The notes under the pieces were generated by a model, which saw nothing but the letters and a program-made list of their open reading frames with translations, was not told the origin of the DNA and did not search any database. Below, one piece after another: positions 1-12,327 of a stretch of 64,000 nt of DNA. Location: assembly GCA_024679065.1 (NCBI GenBank), contig JAGIQG010000007.1, positions 37,820,001 through 37,884,000 on the forward strand, read 5' to 3'. This stretch comes from Sphyrna mokarran. Lineage: Eukaryota. Position 1 is the stretch's first letter. Each line of letters begins with the position of its first letter. The translations under genes were made by a program, and so were the position numbers.

Positions 1-1829
1 TAGACCAACTAACACGGATCTATGAATAGTAAATGATGCAAGTTAAGATATGGGCAGCTGAGGTTAAGTTTATAAAGAGTGGAGATAGAAGTCTGACCGA
101 ATGCTGTTGTCTGAACTCCTTTACTAATACTAATGCACACTAATACTAATATATGTATCTCCATGCTTATTTTCTAATATCTCTGAGCATCTCCAAGCAT
201 TTTGCTTGCTGTTTGTTATTGTCAATGATAATAAGTCGACTGTTCTACACCAGTGAAAAACCCTTCCATAAATGAGTGTCAGTTTAGACACAAAATATAA
301 AATGTGAGCAATTGGTATAAGTCATTGCCATTTTGAAATGAGGTTAAAGAAGCACCTGTAATTGAAATTAATGTGATATTGAATGAATTAAGTCTATGAA
401 TATGTATTTAGCTACAATCAAAACATTTTAAGAACAATTTTAAAATTGCCAAATTGATACATTTGACATTCTGTGCAGAGTTAATCAAATTTACTAAGTC
501 ATTTTAGCTATGGCATCTTCATAAGGATCCTACTCTGGACCAGATTTAGAGCTTCTGGTTTCAGAATCGTCCCTCCAGAGCAAATAATTTTTCTTTCCAT
601 CCATTTAATTGGATATTCTACAAGCTTTTGAACACTCTAAAGCTAAAGTTTATTTATTAGTCAGTCACAAGTGACTTTACATTAACACTGTAATGAAGTT
701 ATTGTGAAAATCCCCTAGTCGCCATACTCAGCCGCCTGTTCAGGTACACTGTCTGGTAATGATAGTTTGTGCATCAGCAGTGTCTTATGATTTGATGACA
801 AAACCATATATGTTTCCAGTCTGGTAATGTAACCATTCTGATGATTCTTGAGAATCTTTCTGATACATGCTTCTCAAGTCAGTGGCTGCTCCCTATTCTC
901 TTGGCACGTGGTTTGAGCATTTCCTTCAGAGTGGATTCTTCCTTCCTTCACACCCACACCAGTTTTTCACTAACACAGAATTCCCTTGCTACAGCACTAT
1001 TATTTCATGAATGATCAAGGGTTACAACTTCTGGCTTGAAACTACATCAGTCTTGACTCTTTTTGCCAAAGGACTCATTTCTGTTCATGGTTTGTGATTG
1101 TCTTAAACTTGAACAAATCATCTTGTTATTGCCTGCTTGATTTCATATGCGACTTATGAAGTGTTTAAAGTGTGCACCAAAAGAATGGGGTCACCTTGTA
1201 CACTGGCTTGATTTATGCACCACATATATAGTACCAGAAATTGCAGTAAACTATTTAAGTAGATAAGGAAACTACTTGTGCTGCAACAACTGTTTGCATT
1301 AATGTAGTAATTGCACCCTTCTGACATACACGGAGGAAGCACGCAGTTTATTGTAAAGTGTTCCTCTAATGCAACAAATGCCTTTGGCCTTACTAATAGC
1401 CTAAAAATAAAAGTGCTTTACTAACGTCAACTCCCAAGAAAATTATTATTCACTGCTGAAGTGCATTGAAAGCAGCAACCTCATTGTAGTTGTACAATTC
1501 ATCTATCAAGCTAGTATTATTTCAAATGACACCACTGTTAACAAGGACATAATAAACTATCCAAGGCCAATAACTCCTATGGTTCCTTGAATTGTGTTTG
1601 ATGAACCCATTTATTTGTATTTCTACCAAAATTCAAGTATACTGATGGGTTTTGTTACCTTGTATGGTCAGAATGATGGTTCTGTACAAAAAACAAATGC
1701 AACTGCTGAAGCACTTTTTTCAGCATGTCTTTGGTACGTCATGAAAAGAATTTGTACTGGGCCAACCATAAATGCTATGGCTACAAAAGCAGGTCAGCAG
1801 TTAGGAAATTCTGCAGAGACTAACTTATT

Positions 1830-2110
1830 TCTCTATTTGCGTCACAAGTAGGCTTACATTAATACTGCAGTGAAGTTACTGTGAAAATCCCCTAGTTGTC
1901 AAACCTGGGTGCACTGAGGGAGAATTTAGTGTGGCCAGTTCACCTCACCAACATGTCTTTTGAACTGTGGGAGGAAACTGGAACACTGGCTGAAACCCAC
2001 TGGACATGGGGAGAATGTGCAGAATCCACACAGTGACTCAAGCCAGGAATTGAACCTGGGTCTCTGTCGCTGTGAGGCAGCAGTGCTAATTATTGTGCCA
2101 CCGTGCCGCA
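1830..2110 (-). mobile_element. tRNA-derived SINE (shark HE1-like)
   Basis: The reverse complement starts gcggcacggtggcaca...agcactgctgcctcacag with a B-box ggttcaattcc; several homologous copies occur in the window. Confidence 0.8.
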
Positions 2111-2544
2111 CTTGCTTCCTGACTCCCCAAGGTCTGTTCCCCATCTAAAGGCTCAAATCAGCAGAGTGATGGAATACTCTCCATTATCTGGTTGAGCACA
2201 GTTCTAACAAGCTGAACACCATTCAGGACAAAGTAGATGACTTAACTGACACCCTGTTCACCAATTCCAACATTCACACCCTCCAACATTTACACACACT
2301 TCCAATAGTGTGTATCATCTGCAAGATGCATTGCAGAAACTCAAAAAGGCTGTTTTGGCACCACCTTTCAAACCCTTGACTTCTACCACCTAGGATAAGA
2401 GCAGCAGATGCATGGGAACAACCTCTCCTGTAACTTCAATGCAGCATCCTGATTTTGAATGATACTGTCATTTCTTCATTGTCAATGGAACAAAATCATG
2501 GGACTCCCAAACTATATTGTGGGTGTACCTACACCCACAAGTGG

Positions 2545-3822
2545 ATGTATTAGTGAGAGGCAACATGGTTTTGTGAAGAGGAGGTCATGTCTCACTAACT
2601 AGATCGAGTTTTTTGAAGAAGTGACACAAATGATTGATAAAGGCTAAGGCAGTAGATGTTGTCTACGTGGACTTTGATAAGGCCTTTGACAAAGTCCCTC
2701 CTGGCAGCCTGGTGCAGAAGGTGAAGTTGCATGGGATCAGAGGTGAGCTGGCAAAGTGAATACAAACCTGGCTCAGTCAAAGAAGACTGAGGGAAGCAGT
2801 AGGAGGGTGCATTTCTGAATGGATGGCTGTGACAAGGCGCATTCCTCAGGGATCACGCTGGGATTGTTGCTGTTTGTAATATATATAAATGATTTGGAGG
2901 AAAATGGAACTGGATTATTAATAAAGTTTGTGGATGACACAAAGGTTGGTAGATATCTGGATAGCAATGAGGACCATCAGAAGATACAGCACAATATAGA
3001 TTGGTTGGAGACTTGGGCGGAGAGATGGAAGATGGAGTTTAATCCGGACAAATGTGGGGTAATGCATTTTGGAAGGCCTAATACAGATAGGAAATATACA
3101 GTAAATGACAGAACCCTTAAGAGTATTGATAGGCAAAGGGATCTGCATGCACAGATACACAGGTCATTGAAAGTGGCAACGCAGGTGGAGAAGATAGTCA
3201 AGGGAGGCATGCAGCATGATTGCCTTCATTGAGTTTAAAAATTGGCAAATCATATTGCAGCTTGAGAGAACCTTAGTCAGGCCACACTTGGAATATAGTG
3301 TTCAATTCTGGTTGCCACACTTCCAGGAGGATGTGAAGGCTTTGGAGAGGGTACACAAAAGATTTACCAGGATGTTGCCTGGTATGGGGCGTTAGCTATG
3401 AGGAGAGGTTGGAGAAACTTGGTTTGTTCTACTGGAACAACGGAGTTGAAGAGCGACCTGATAGAAGTCTACAAGATTGAGAGACATGGATAGTCAAAAG
3501 CTTCTTCCCAGGGTGGAAGAGTCAATTACTAGGGGACACAGGTTTAAGGAGTGAGCGGCAAGGTTTAATGGAGATGTACAAGGCAGATTTTTTTTTACAT
3601 AAGAGGGTAGTAGCTGCCTTGTACATTGGCAGAGGAGGTATTGGAAGCGGGTCCAGTAGTGACTTTTAAGAGGCATCTTGACAAATACATAAATAGGATG
3701 GGAATAGAGGGATATGGTGCCTGGAAGGGTGGGAGGCTTCAGCTCTGTCAGGCAGCATAGTTAGTGCAGGTTTGGAGGGCAAAAGGGCCGGTTTCTATGC
3801 TGTAATTTTCTTTATTCTTTGT
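2545..3822 (+). mobile_element. 5'-truncated degenerate CR1 LINE (RT domain and 3' end)
   Basis: Translated FVIYINDL, KFVDDTK and WKMEFNPDKC; typical CR1 3' UTR tail. Confidence 0.9.
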
Positions 3823-5329
3823 TCACATGGACTGTAGCAGTTCAAGAAGGTGCTTTTGACCACTTTCTCAAGCGTAATTAGGGAAGGGCAATAAATGTTG
3901 ATCTAGCCAGTGGCACCCATAACCCAAGAACAAATATTTTAAATATTGCTGTAAGGTAGTGTCGGAGCATCTCAGACTCAACTGATTTCAGGAGCTTCAT
4001 CAATGACCTTCCCTCACCGTTAGTCGGATGTGGGAATTTTAACTGATGGTTGTGCAATGTTTAATAATATTTGCCGCCACTGAAGCAGTCCATTCAAACA
4101 CCAAAAATCATGCCAGTAACCACAGAGATGACTCTTCCAATGATCTTCATCTACCAAGGGTCTGTTGTCATCTTCTTCATCACTAAGAAAAAGTTTCAAT
4201 GTGCTTCATAGATTGCCATTAGACTAAAACAAGCTGAGGAGGAATATTAGAATTGTTGATTAAAAGCTTGGTGAAAACAGTATGTTTTAAAGAGAACTTT
4301 AAAAAAACTAAAAGATCTAAAGAGGTGGTGAATTATAGCAGAAGATTTCAATAGCTTTGAGCCTAACGGGCAGAAGTCTTGGGTGACTTTATGGAACAAA
4401 GCGAGTGGTGCATATACAAGAGACCAGAATTGGAGGAATGCTGTAACATTAGAATCTTGATGACTTCTGTAGCCTCAACTATGTTGTATACATAGTTGAG
4501 GCTACAGAAGAATGTGAGCATTCGCACAGGGTGATGGATGACTGAGACTTGGAGCAGGTTGTAATATTGGCATTAGAGTTTTGGGTCAGTTGTTTTTTAT
4601 GCAGGATAGAAGATTCAAGGCTAACCAGGAGAGCTTTGGAATAGTAGAGTCTGCTGACAACAAAGATGAATGAGATCGTTCCCAATAAAGTCATGAATTG
4701 GATTAACATATTTAAATCCTTACTTAAATATGCATTTTCTATCTTTAGCTGGATTCATCCAGCTCCCAGTATTTAGTACCCACCCACCGGCACAATGTAA
4801 AGCTAGGGGAAATGATACTAGTCTCCACAAATGAAGAACAGATGTGATGACCATGTGGGGGAATTTTGGTTAGGGATGTGGCTGGGCAGTGCCTTAACAC
4901 TACCACCTGATGCTGCCAGGGGACATTGCAAGGTTGGCTCTGCCAAGGAGTGGACACTGAAGGGACATGAAGGGGTAGCCCTTGGCAACCCCATGGTGGG
5001 ATTTTGTTCATTTGGGGTGAGGCCTGAGGTTTGATGTGGCGATTGGGAGCGTCTTTGCTGGCAGGATGGACGGGTGGAGAGGAAGTGGCCTGTAGGGTTA
5101 AATAGAGGTTAGGGTACCCCAGTCTCTGAGAAGCTGGCCCTGCTGGCATCTTTAGGTCCCACACATCAATTTTTCAGTGGGAACCACCCTTAGCTCCAAA
5201 AGAAATCTGTGTGGGAGAATTGCGCCAGCCCACCTGGCAGGACCCACTGCTTTTCTCACCATGGACAACAGCTAGAAATATTTTAGGAGAATTGTGCCCC
5301 ACAACAAATTGTCAGTGGCATATAAAATT

Positions 5330-5610
5330 TTATTAATTTCACAAGCAGACATATATTAATACTGCAATGAAGTTACTATGCAAATTTCTTAGTCGCCATA
5401 CTCTAACACCTGTTTGGGTACACTGAGGGAGGATTTAGCATGGCCAATGCACCTAACCAGCATGCCTTTTGTACTGTGGGAGGAAACAGGAGCACTTGGA
5501 AAAAACCCATGCAGACATGGGAAGAATGTGCATTCAGTGACCCAGGTCCAAAATTGAATTCAGGGCCCTGATGCCGTGAGGCAGCAGTGCTAACCACTGT
5601 GCCACCACGA
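5330..5610 (-). mobile_element. tRNA-derived SINE
   Basis: Homologous to 1830-2110. Confidence 0.8.
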
Positions 5611-6384
5611 TACCCAAAATGGAAGGGAATTGATTCTTGGATGACTTCCGAGGCATTTATGGGAGTAGGAAAGGAAGTCATTACAGGAGAACATCTAGTT
5701 TATATGTATAAGAATGGAATCTGGTAAGGGCAGGTCCAATCTGCTGGGTAACAATGGAAAAAGGATAGTTAACTATTGAATGTTGGAGAGGTCAAAAATG
5801 ATGGCTATGATCGCAATCACAATAGCAGCTAAACGAATAGTCTCAATTTTACTGATAGCGATTTATGTAATTATTAATTGGACATCTAGCACTTTAGGAT
5901 GCCCTTTGATCATGAAAGATGCTTTAGCTCTCTCTCCTTCCTATCATGGCCAAGCTGAAAGTTTCAGTGGATTGTACGGTCAAGTTTGTCACCACAGCTT
6001 TCCATTTTCCATCTTTTTTTTAAATAGATTAAATCATGACATCATGCTAGAGACTTTGTTTCAAAAGAAATTCTATTTAAATAATCTCTAATATCTCAAA
6101 ATATCTTTGCCATTGTCTGGTTATATACTGCATGCAGAAATATACCATTAACAAGGTGAGATGATTGACCACATTAGTCTGCTTTTTATCAGAGACAAAT
6201 GTGCGGCGGGATCTCCAAATCTGAAGTTGAAAGTAGGGGCTCTTCTATTGGAACATGTGGACGGATAACATTTTGTCAAGAGACCGTACTCCTGCTGCAT
6301 TGAACTGCTGCCTCTGAGTGGGGGATGAGGGGGATGTCACTGAGCAATACTGAAACTTGTAATAATTTTTGCTGTTTCTTGCAG

Positions 6385-6507
6385 GCATGGTAAAAGAACC
6401 TGGTGCTGAAGAACTGTTGAGCTTTGGATCTATGCTACATCCTGAAACGAAGGGTGCAATGCCGCCTTGTCCATCACTGCAACACCTAAGCTCTCCAGCT
6501 AAAGCGG
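6385..6507 (+). CDS. MAP4: Internal coding exon, 123 nt, phase 1-1 (G-MVKEPGAEELLSFGSMLHPETKGAMPPCPSLQHLSSPAKA), probable MAP4 projection domain
   Basis: Acceptor ttttgctgtttcttgcag|GC and donor GCGG|gtatat; open frame; length is a multiple of 3; same phase as the other exons; lies in unique sequence. Gene assignment is by context only. Confidence 0.7.
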
Positions 6508-7124
6508 GTATATGTGAAAACTTTCTTGCACTGCCTTGAATTAAACTTCTAGTTTCCAGCATCAAAACCCAAATTGTTTACCAATTATAGAAGCCTGTAT
6601 TGTTTGGTTCTTATTAGAAGGTTTCAGGAATAATGTTCTGTACTGCTCAAAATTGCACAATAGAACTTTCTTATATCGGAGCAAGTCATTAAAGGATGCA
6701 GTGAAGCAGGTAAAAGGCTGTAGAAGCAAGTCACATCTTCGACTTTCTATCTAGAAGCATGGAATAGAAAAGCAAAGAAGTGATAGATTCATAAAAGGAG
6801 GCCATTCAGCCTAACGTATCCACACCAGTCAACCAAGATCTGATTGGCATTGATTTCATTTCCCAACACTTAGTTCATAGTCCTGGAGGTTACAGATGTT
6901 GCCAGACTTGCTGAGATTTTCCACTGTTTTCTCTTTTGGTTTTAGATTCCAGTATCTGCAGTAATTTGCTTTTATCTGGCATCCTGGTAAATCTCCTCTT
7001 CATCCTTTCCAGTGCGATCACATCTTACTATAATGTGGTGACTAGAACTGCACACATTATCCCAGTTTTGCCCTAATCAGTGTAATATACAGTTACAGCA
7101 TGGCCTCTCTGCTCCTCTTAGATT

Positions 7125-7440
7125 CGTAGAATTATAGAATCTTTCGGTGCAGAAGGAAGCTATTTGGCCCATCAAGTTTGCACCAACCTCAATCCCACCC
7201 AGGCCCTATCCCCATAAGCCCAAATCGTTACCCTACTAATCCCCTGACACTAGAGTCATATTAAGCATGGCCAATCAATCTCGTCTGCACATCTTAGGAC
7301 TGTGGGAGGAAACCGGAGAACCCAGATGAAACCCAGGCAGACAGGGAAGAACGTGCAAACTGCACATAGTCACCTGAGGTCAGAATTGAACCTGGGATCC
7401 TGGTGCTGTGAGGCAGCAATGGTAACCACCATGCCACTCC
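7125..7440 (-). mobile_element. tRNA-derived SINE with CR1-like tail
   Basis: Same head as the other SINE copies, with a tail of the ...gattctataattct type. Confidence 0.8.
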
Positions 7441-8279
7441 TTTATTAGCAGAGGCTATAGAATAAAGGCAGGTATTTCATGTGCTTTAACATCTTAATAA
7501 CTTGTCCTACATTCAGGGATCTGTGGGTATGCACTCCAAGGTCCCTCTGATCTTCAATACTTTACAGGGTCACATTATTCATAAGATAATCCATTGCCTT
7601 GTTAACTCTTGCTAAATGTATAACCTCACACTTTCCTGGGTTGAATTCCACTTGCCTCTGCTCAGCCCACCTGATCTCCTCCTGCATCTTTGGTTATTCT
7701 TCTAACTATTTACCACTATACCAATTTTCATTCATCTGTGAACTTCTTGATCATACTCTCTACATTTAAGTCCAAACCATTAATTACATCACAAATAGCA
7801 ATGGCCCAAATACCAAGCCGATGGAATCCTACTGGAAACAAACTTAGTCACAGAAACATCCCTCTACCATCACCTTTTGCCCCCCCCCCCGCCTCTCAGC
7901 CAACTTTAGATCCAGTGTGCTACTTTGCCTTGGATCTCATGGGCCCTAACTTTCTTAACCAGTCTGCCATGAGGGACTTTACCTAAATCCTTGATAAAGT
8001 CCATTTAGACCACATCAGATGTATTGCCCTCATCAACACTTCTGGTTACCGCCTAAAAAAATTTGATTTATCAAACATGATCTTCCCTTGACAAATCCAT
8101 GCTGACTTTCCCTGATTAATCTAAGTCTATACAAGTCCAGTATATTCTGTCCCTCAGAATTCCTTTCAGTAACTTCCCTATCATTGAGGTTAGAAGACTG
8201 GCCTATAATTTTCTGACCTAACGCTACTTCCTTTTTTTAAACAATGGACGGTGTTAGGTATCCTCCAGTCCTCTGGCGC

Positions 8280-8375
8280 TTCACTTGACGAAGGAGCAGC
8301 ACTTCAAAACCTAGTGGCGTTTGCTACCAAATAAACCTGTTGGATTTTAACCTGATATTGTGAGACTTCTTACTG
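8280..8375 (+). mobile_element. Penelope-type terminal repeat fragment
   Basis: Homologous to the arms at 29064-29255 and to 59265-59395. Confidence 0.6.
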
Positions 8376-9145
8376 ACCTCACCTTGGCCCGAGTGGATTT
8401 GAAAATTACTGACAGTGCTCCGATTTCTCCTGTCTTGCCCCCCACCCGGAATAAATCTCATCAAGGCCTGCGGATTTATCCACTTTTAAGGCTGCTAAAC
8501 CTGTGACGACTACTCTGTCTCTGTTAATTTTCCCTAATATTTCATAGTCCTCCACCCTGCTGTCTACACCTTTGCCCTTTTCCATTGTGAAGACTGACAC
8601 ACTGTATTTATTGAATACCATTCTTATCTTCCGGATCCCCACACACTGGATATGGTCCCTAATTGGACTTACTCTTTCCCTAGTTCACTTTCTCTTTATA
8701 TATTTAAAAAAGAGCCTTTGGGTTTTCCTTTATTCTACCTGCCAAACTTTTTTTGTGTCTTAGCTTTCCTAACTTCCATTTGAAGCTCCCCCCTCCCTCC
8801 TACTTTTGATACTCCTCTAGGCATTCAGCTATATTGTGCCCTCAGTATCAATCATTAGCTTTTTTTCATAATTGTTACCTTTAATGTCCCTTGACATCAG
8901 GATTTCCTGGTCTTGGTTCTATCCTATGATTTTTACGGGTATATATTTGCTCTGTACTCTCACTATCTTCTCCTTAAAGACCTCCCACTGTCCTGAAACA
9001 ATTTTAGCTGGAAGTAGCTGTTTCCTGTCCACTTAGGCCAAATTGTATCTTATCTTAGTAAAATTAGCCTTTCTCCAGTTAAGAATATTTATTCCTGGTC
9101 CATCCTTCTTCTTTTCCATAACTATCCTAAATCTAACTGACTTAT

Positions 9146-9884
9146 AGAACATAGAACATAGAACATTACAGCACAGAACAGGCCCTTCGGCCTTCGATGT
9201 TGTGCCGATCAAAATAAAAAGCAATGCCCCTCCAAACTAAACCATTCCCTTCTCTTCCATATACTTATCAATTAACCTCTTAAACGCCACCAAACTTGGC
9301 GCATCTACAACAGCTGCAGGCAGGGCATTCCACTCCCTAATCACTCTTTGAGTAAAGAACCTACCTCTGATATCCGTCCTATAACTCATACCCCTTAATT
9401 TAAAGCTGTGTCCCCTCGTGCTAGCTTTCTCCATCCTAGGAAAAAGGCTATCACTGTCCACCCTATCTAAACCTCTAATCATCTTATATGCTTCAATAAG
9501 ATCCCCTCTTAGCCGCCTCCTTTCTAACGAAAACAACCTCAAATCCTTCAACCTCTCTTCATAGGACCTGCCCTCCATACCAGGCAACATCCTGGTAAAC
9601 CTCCTCTGTACCCTCTCCAATGCCTCCACATCTTTCTTATAATGTGGGGACCAGAACTGCACACAATACTCCAAGTGCGGCCGCACTAGAGTTTTGTACA
9701 GTTGCAACATGATGCTGCGGCTCCTAAATTCAATCCCCCTACCAATAAAAGCTAAGACTCCATATGCCTTCTTAACAACTTTATCCACTTGACTGCCTAC
9801 TTTCAGGGATCTATTGACACATACACCAAGATCCTTCTGTTCCTCAACACTATTAAGAGCCCTACCATTAGCCCTATACTCTAC
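9146..9884 (-). mobile_element. Young 5'-truncated CR1 LINE with an intact C-terminal ORF2 frame
   Basis: 183-aa ORF, (TTCTATG)n tail and flanking ACTTAT duplication; almost identical to 21170-21905. Confidence 0.95.
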
Positions 9885-11821
9885 TTATGGTCACTACCTC
9901 CAAAATATTCACTTCCCAATATGCCTTCCATCTGCCCTTGCTTATTTCTGAATATTAGATCCAGATTTGTCCCCTACTTGCTGACTTTCCACATACTGGC
10001 TATAAATGTTTTCCTGGATACAATTTAAGAATTTTGCTCCCCTTTTATCTCATACACTAAAACTATCCTAGTTAGTATTTGTGTAGTTAAATCCCCACAA
10101 TTATTACCTTCTTATTCTTACACATTTCTGAAATTTGATTACCTATTTAACACTCTACCTCTCGCTGACCCAAGAGTGTGTTTGTCCTTTTTTGTGTTTT
10201 TTACTTCTACCCACACAGCCTCATTTGATGATCCTTCCAGTGTATCATTACTTCTCAATGCTATAATTGACTCCTTGATCAGTATGGTGATTCCCCAACC
10301 CCCACTCTCTCATTTGAATACTGTATAATCAGGAGCTGCCAATCCTGCCCAGCTTTCAACCAAGTCTCAGTCATAACTATGATATCAAACTTCCACATGC
10401 CTATCTGTGTTGCCAATTGTCTGATTACCTACATTAAAATATATTCCATTTAGACTTGTTTCTTTACTATCTAGCCTATGTTTCCTCTTCCTTTCAGACT
10501 CACTCACTGGTATTTTAACTTCTTATTCCCATCTCCCAAAGACATGATCCCAATGCCCCAGGAAGCTAAGGCTGTCCCTCCTGCATCATCTCTCCAGCCA
10601 CACATTCATTTGCTCTATCCTTCTGATTGTATCTATGCTCACTATTATGTGGCACTAGGAATAGTCCAGTGATTACTAGCCTTGAAGTTCTGTTTTTCAA
10701 GTTCCTAATCAACTTGCAGGACCTCATTTCCCTCCCTGTGTCATTGGTCTCAGTGTGTATCACAATCTTTGGATGCTCACATTTCCTCTGCAGAATGTCC
10801 TGCAGCAGTTCCATGATATCTTTGATCCTGCCATACAGGAAGCAACACACTATGCTAAATAGTGATGTCTATGGCCATAGAAGCACCTGCCTTCTCCCCT
10901 CACTAACAAATCCCCTATTACCCTCCATGCTTCCTCCCCGTCTGATCAATTGGATGATCCACAGTGCCACGGCCTTGGCTCAGGTTGGCCTCCACAGAGG
11001 AACCATGACTTTCATCGTTTTTCCAGGCTGGAAACTGATTTACGAGTGGGATGAACTTAGGAGAATTCCTTTTAGTTGTCTGGTCCCCTCCTCCTCTCTG
11101 GTGGTCACTCATTCCCTCTCTGTCTGAACTTGCTTAAGCCTCATGAATGCACCATAGTGCCCCAGTTGCTGCTCAACCTTCAAAGCCTAGAGTGAGAATC
11201 ACTCCAAGTGGAGACACCTCCCACACACATGATCGTCAGACCGCAAGGAGTGTCTAGAATTTACCACATAAAACAGAATGTGCAAATCACAGCACTGAGC
11301 TCCCCTACAATCCCTATTTCCCTATTGCTTGTGCTTGTGTTTCTTTCTGAAGTATGAAAGAAGGTTTTCTAATTCTCTGCTGCTTGATCACTCTTCCTAA
11401 CAGTAGTTTTTCACAAATTATCAACTTGTATTTCCCCTGTGATAAGCTCTAGTTGCTCCTGACAGCTTGTCCCACTGTCTTCCTCTCGCATTGTCCTCTA
11501 GACGCTGCTGACTGCCTGTCCTGATATCCTACTGTTCTTTGATGTTGAACTTTAATTTGACTACAATATTGAGTTTAAAATACCCCATAATTTGTATTTA
11601 TACATCACCTTTTACGATGCCATAAAGCACTTTCCAGCAATTAACTATCTTTTGAAGTGTAGTCAGTGTTCTAATGTATGAAACATGACCTCCAATTTGC
11701 ATTAAACGGGTCCTATGAATAGCAATTTGAAATGGTTGGAAAGTTTGTTTCAGTGATTTGGTTGATGTCTTTTGTATTGACTTGAGAGGATACGCAGTAT
11801 TTCATTTAACACATCATTCCT

Positions 11822-12327
11822 ACTGCATGAATCACAAAAAGCGAGTATGCAGATGCAGCAAGTAATTAGGAAAACTAATAGAATGTTATTGTTTATTGTG
11901 AAGGGAATTGAATATGAATGGAGGCAATTTATGCTTCAGTTGAACAGGACACTGATGAGACCACATTTTGAGTACAGTGCACAATATTGTTCTCTATATT
12001 TAAGGAAGGATGTAAATGAGCTGGAAGCAACTTGGCAAAGTTTTATTAGACTAATCTGGAAAGGTCAGGTTTTGTCTTATGAGGAAAGGTTGGACAGGCT
12101 AAACTTGTATCCGCTGGAGTTCAGAGTAAGGGGTGACTTGATTGAAATGTATAAAATCCTGAGGAGGTGTTGACAAGATGGATGAGGAAAGGATTTTTCT
12201 CTTCTGGGAGTATCTAGAACTACAGGTCACAATTTAAAAATAACCCGTCGCTCATTTAAGATGTGGAGGAATTTTTCTGAAGGGGATGTCTTTGGAACTG
12301 TTCTCAAAAAGCAGTGGAAACAGAGTT
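11822..12327 (+). mobile_element. CR1 fragment
   Basis: RPHFEYSAQY and LSYEERLDRL motifs. Confidence 0.85.

Larger units (their letters stand above)
1760..3935 (+). mobile_element. Old LINE 3' fragment (family ending gggcaataaatg...), interrupted by a SINE and by a CR1
   Basis: Collinear with the copy at 17620-18705; the sequence resumes at 3825 (cacatggactgtagcagttcaagaagg). Confidence 0.6.
6980..11330 (-). mobile_element. Near-full-length but decayed CR1 LINE (ORF1 Cys-motif and SGNH-esterase remnants, ORF2 remnants) with three nested insertions
   Basis: ORF 10566-10850 IVIHTETNDTGR resembles the CR1 ORF1 esterase block; a DDHVCGRC-like motif lies near 11220; ORF2 remnants at 8406-8642 and 7480-8270. 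Confidence 0.8.

Noticed and set aside
1926-2148. tRNA genes or small ORFs in SINE copies
   Set aside because: The A/B-box-like heads belong to dispersed SINEs; there is no complete cloverleaf and the ORFs are incidental.
4745-5300. GC-richer segment with a 139-aa ORF and repeated ggagaattgYgcc
   Set aside because: Probably a decayed non-autonomous DNA transposon, but I could not find matching terminal repeats, and there is no coding signal.
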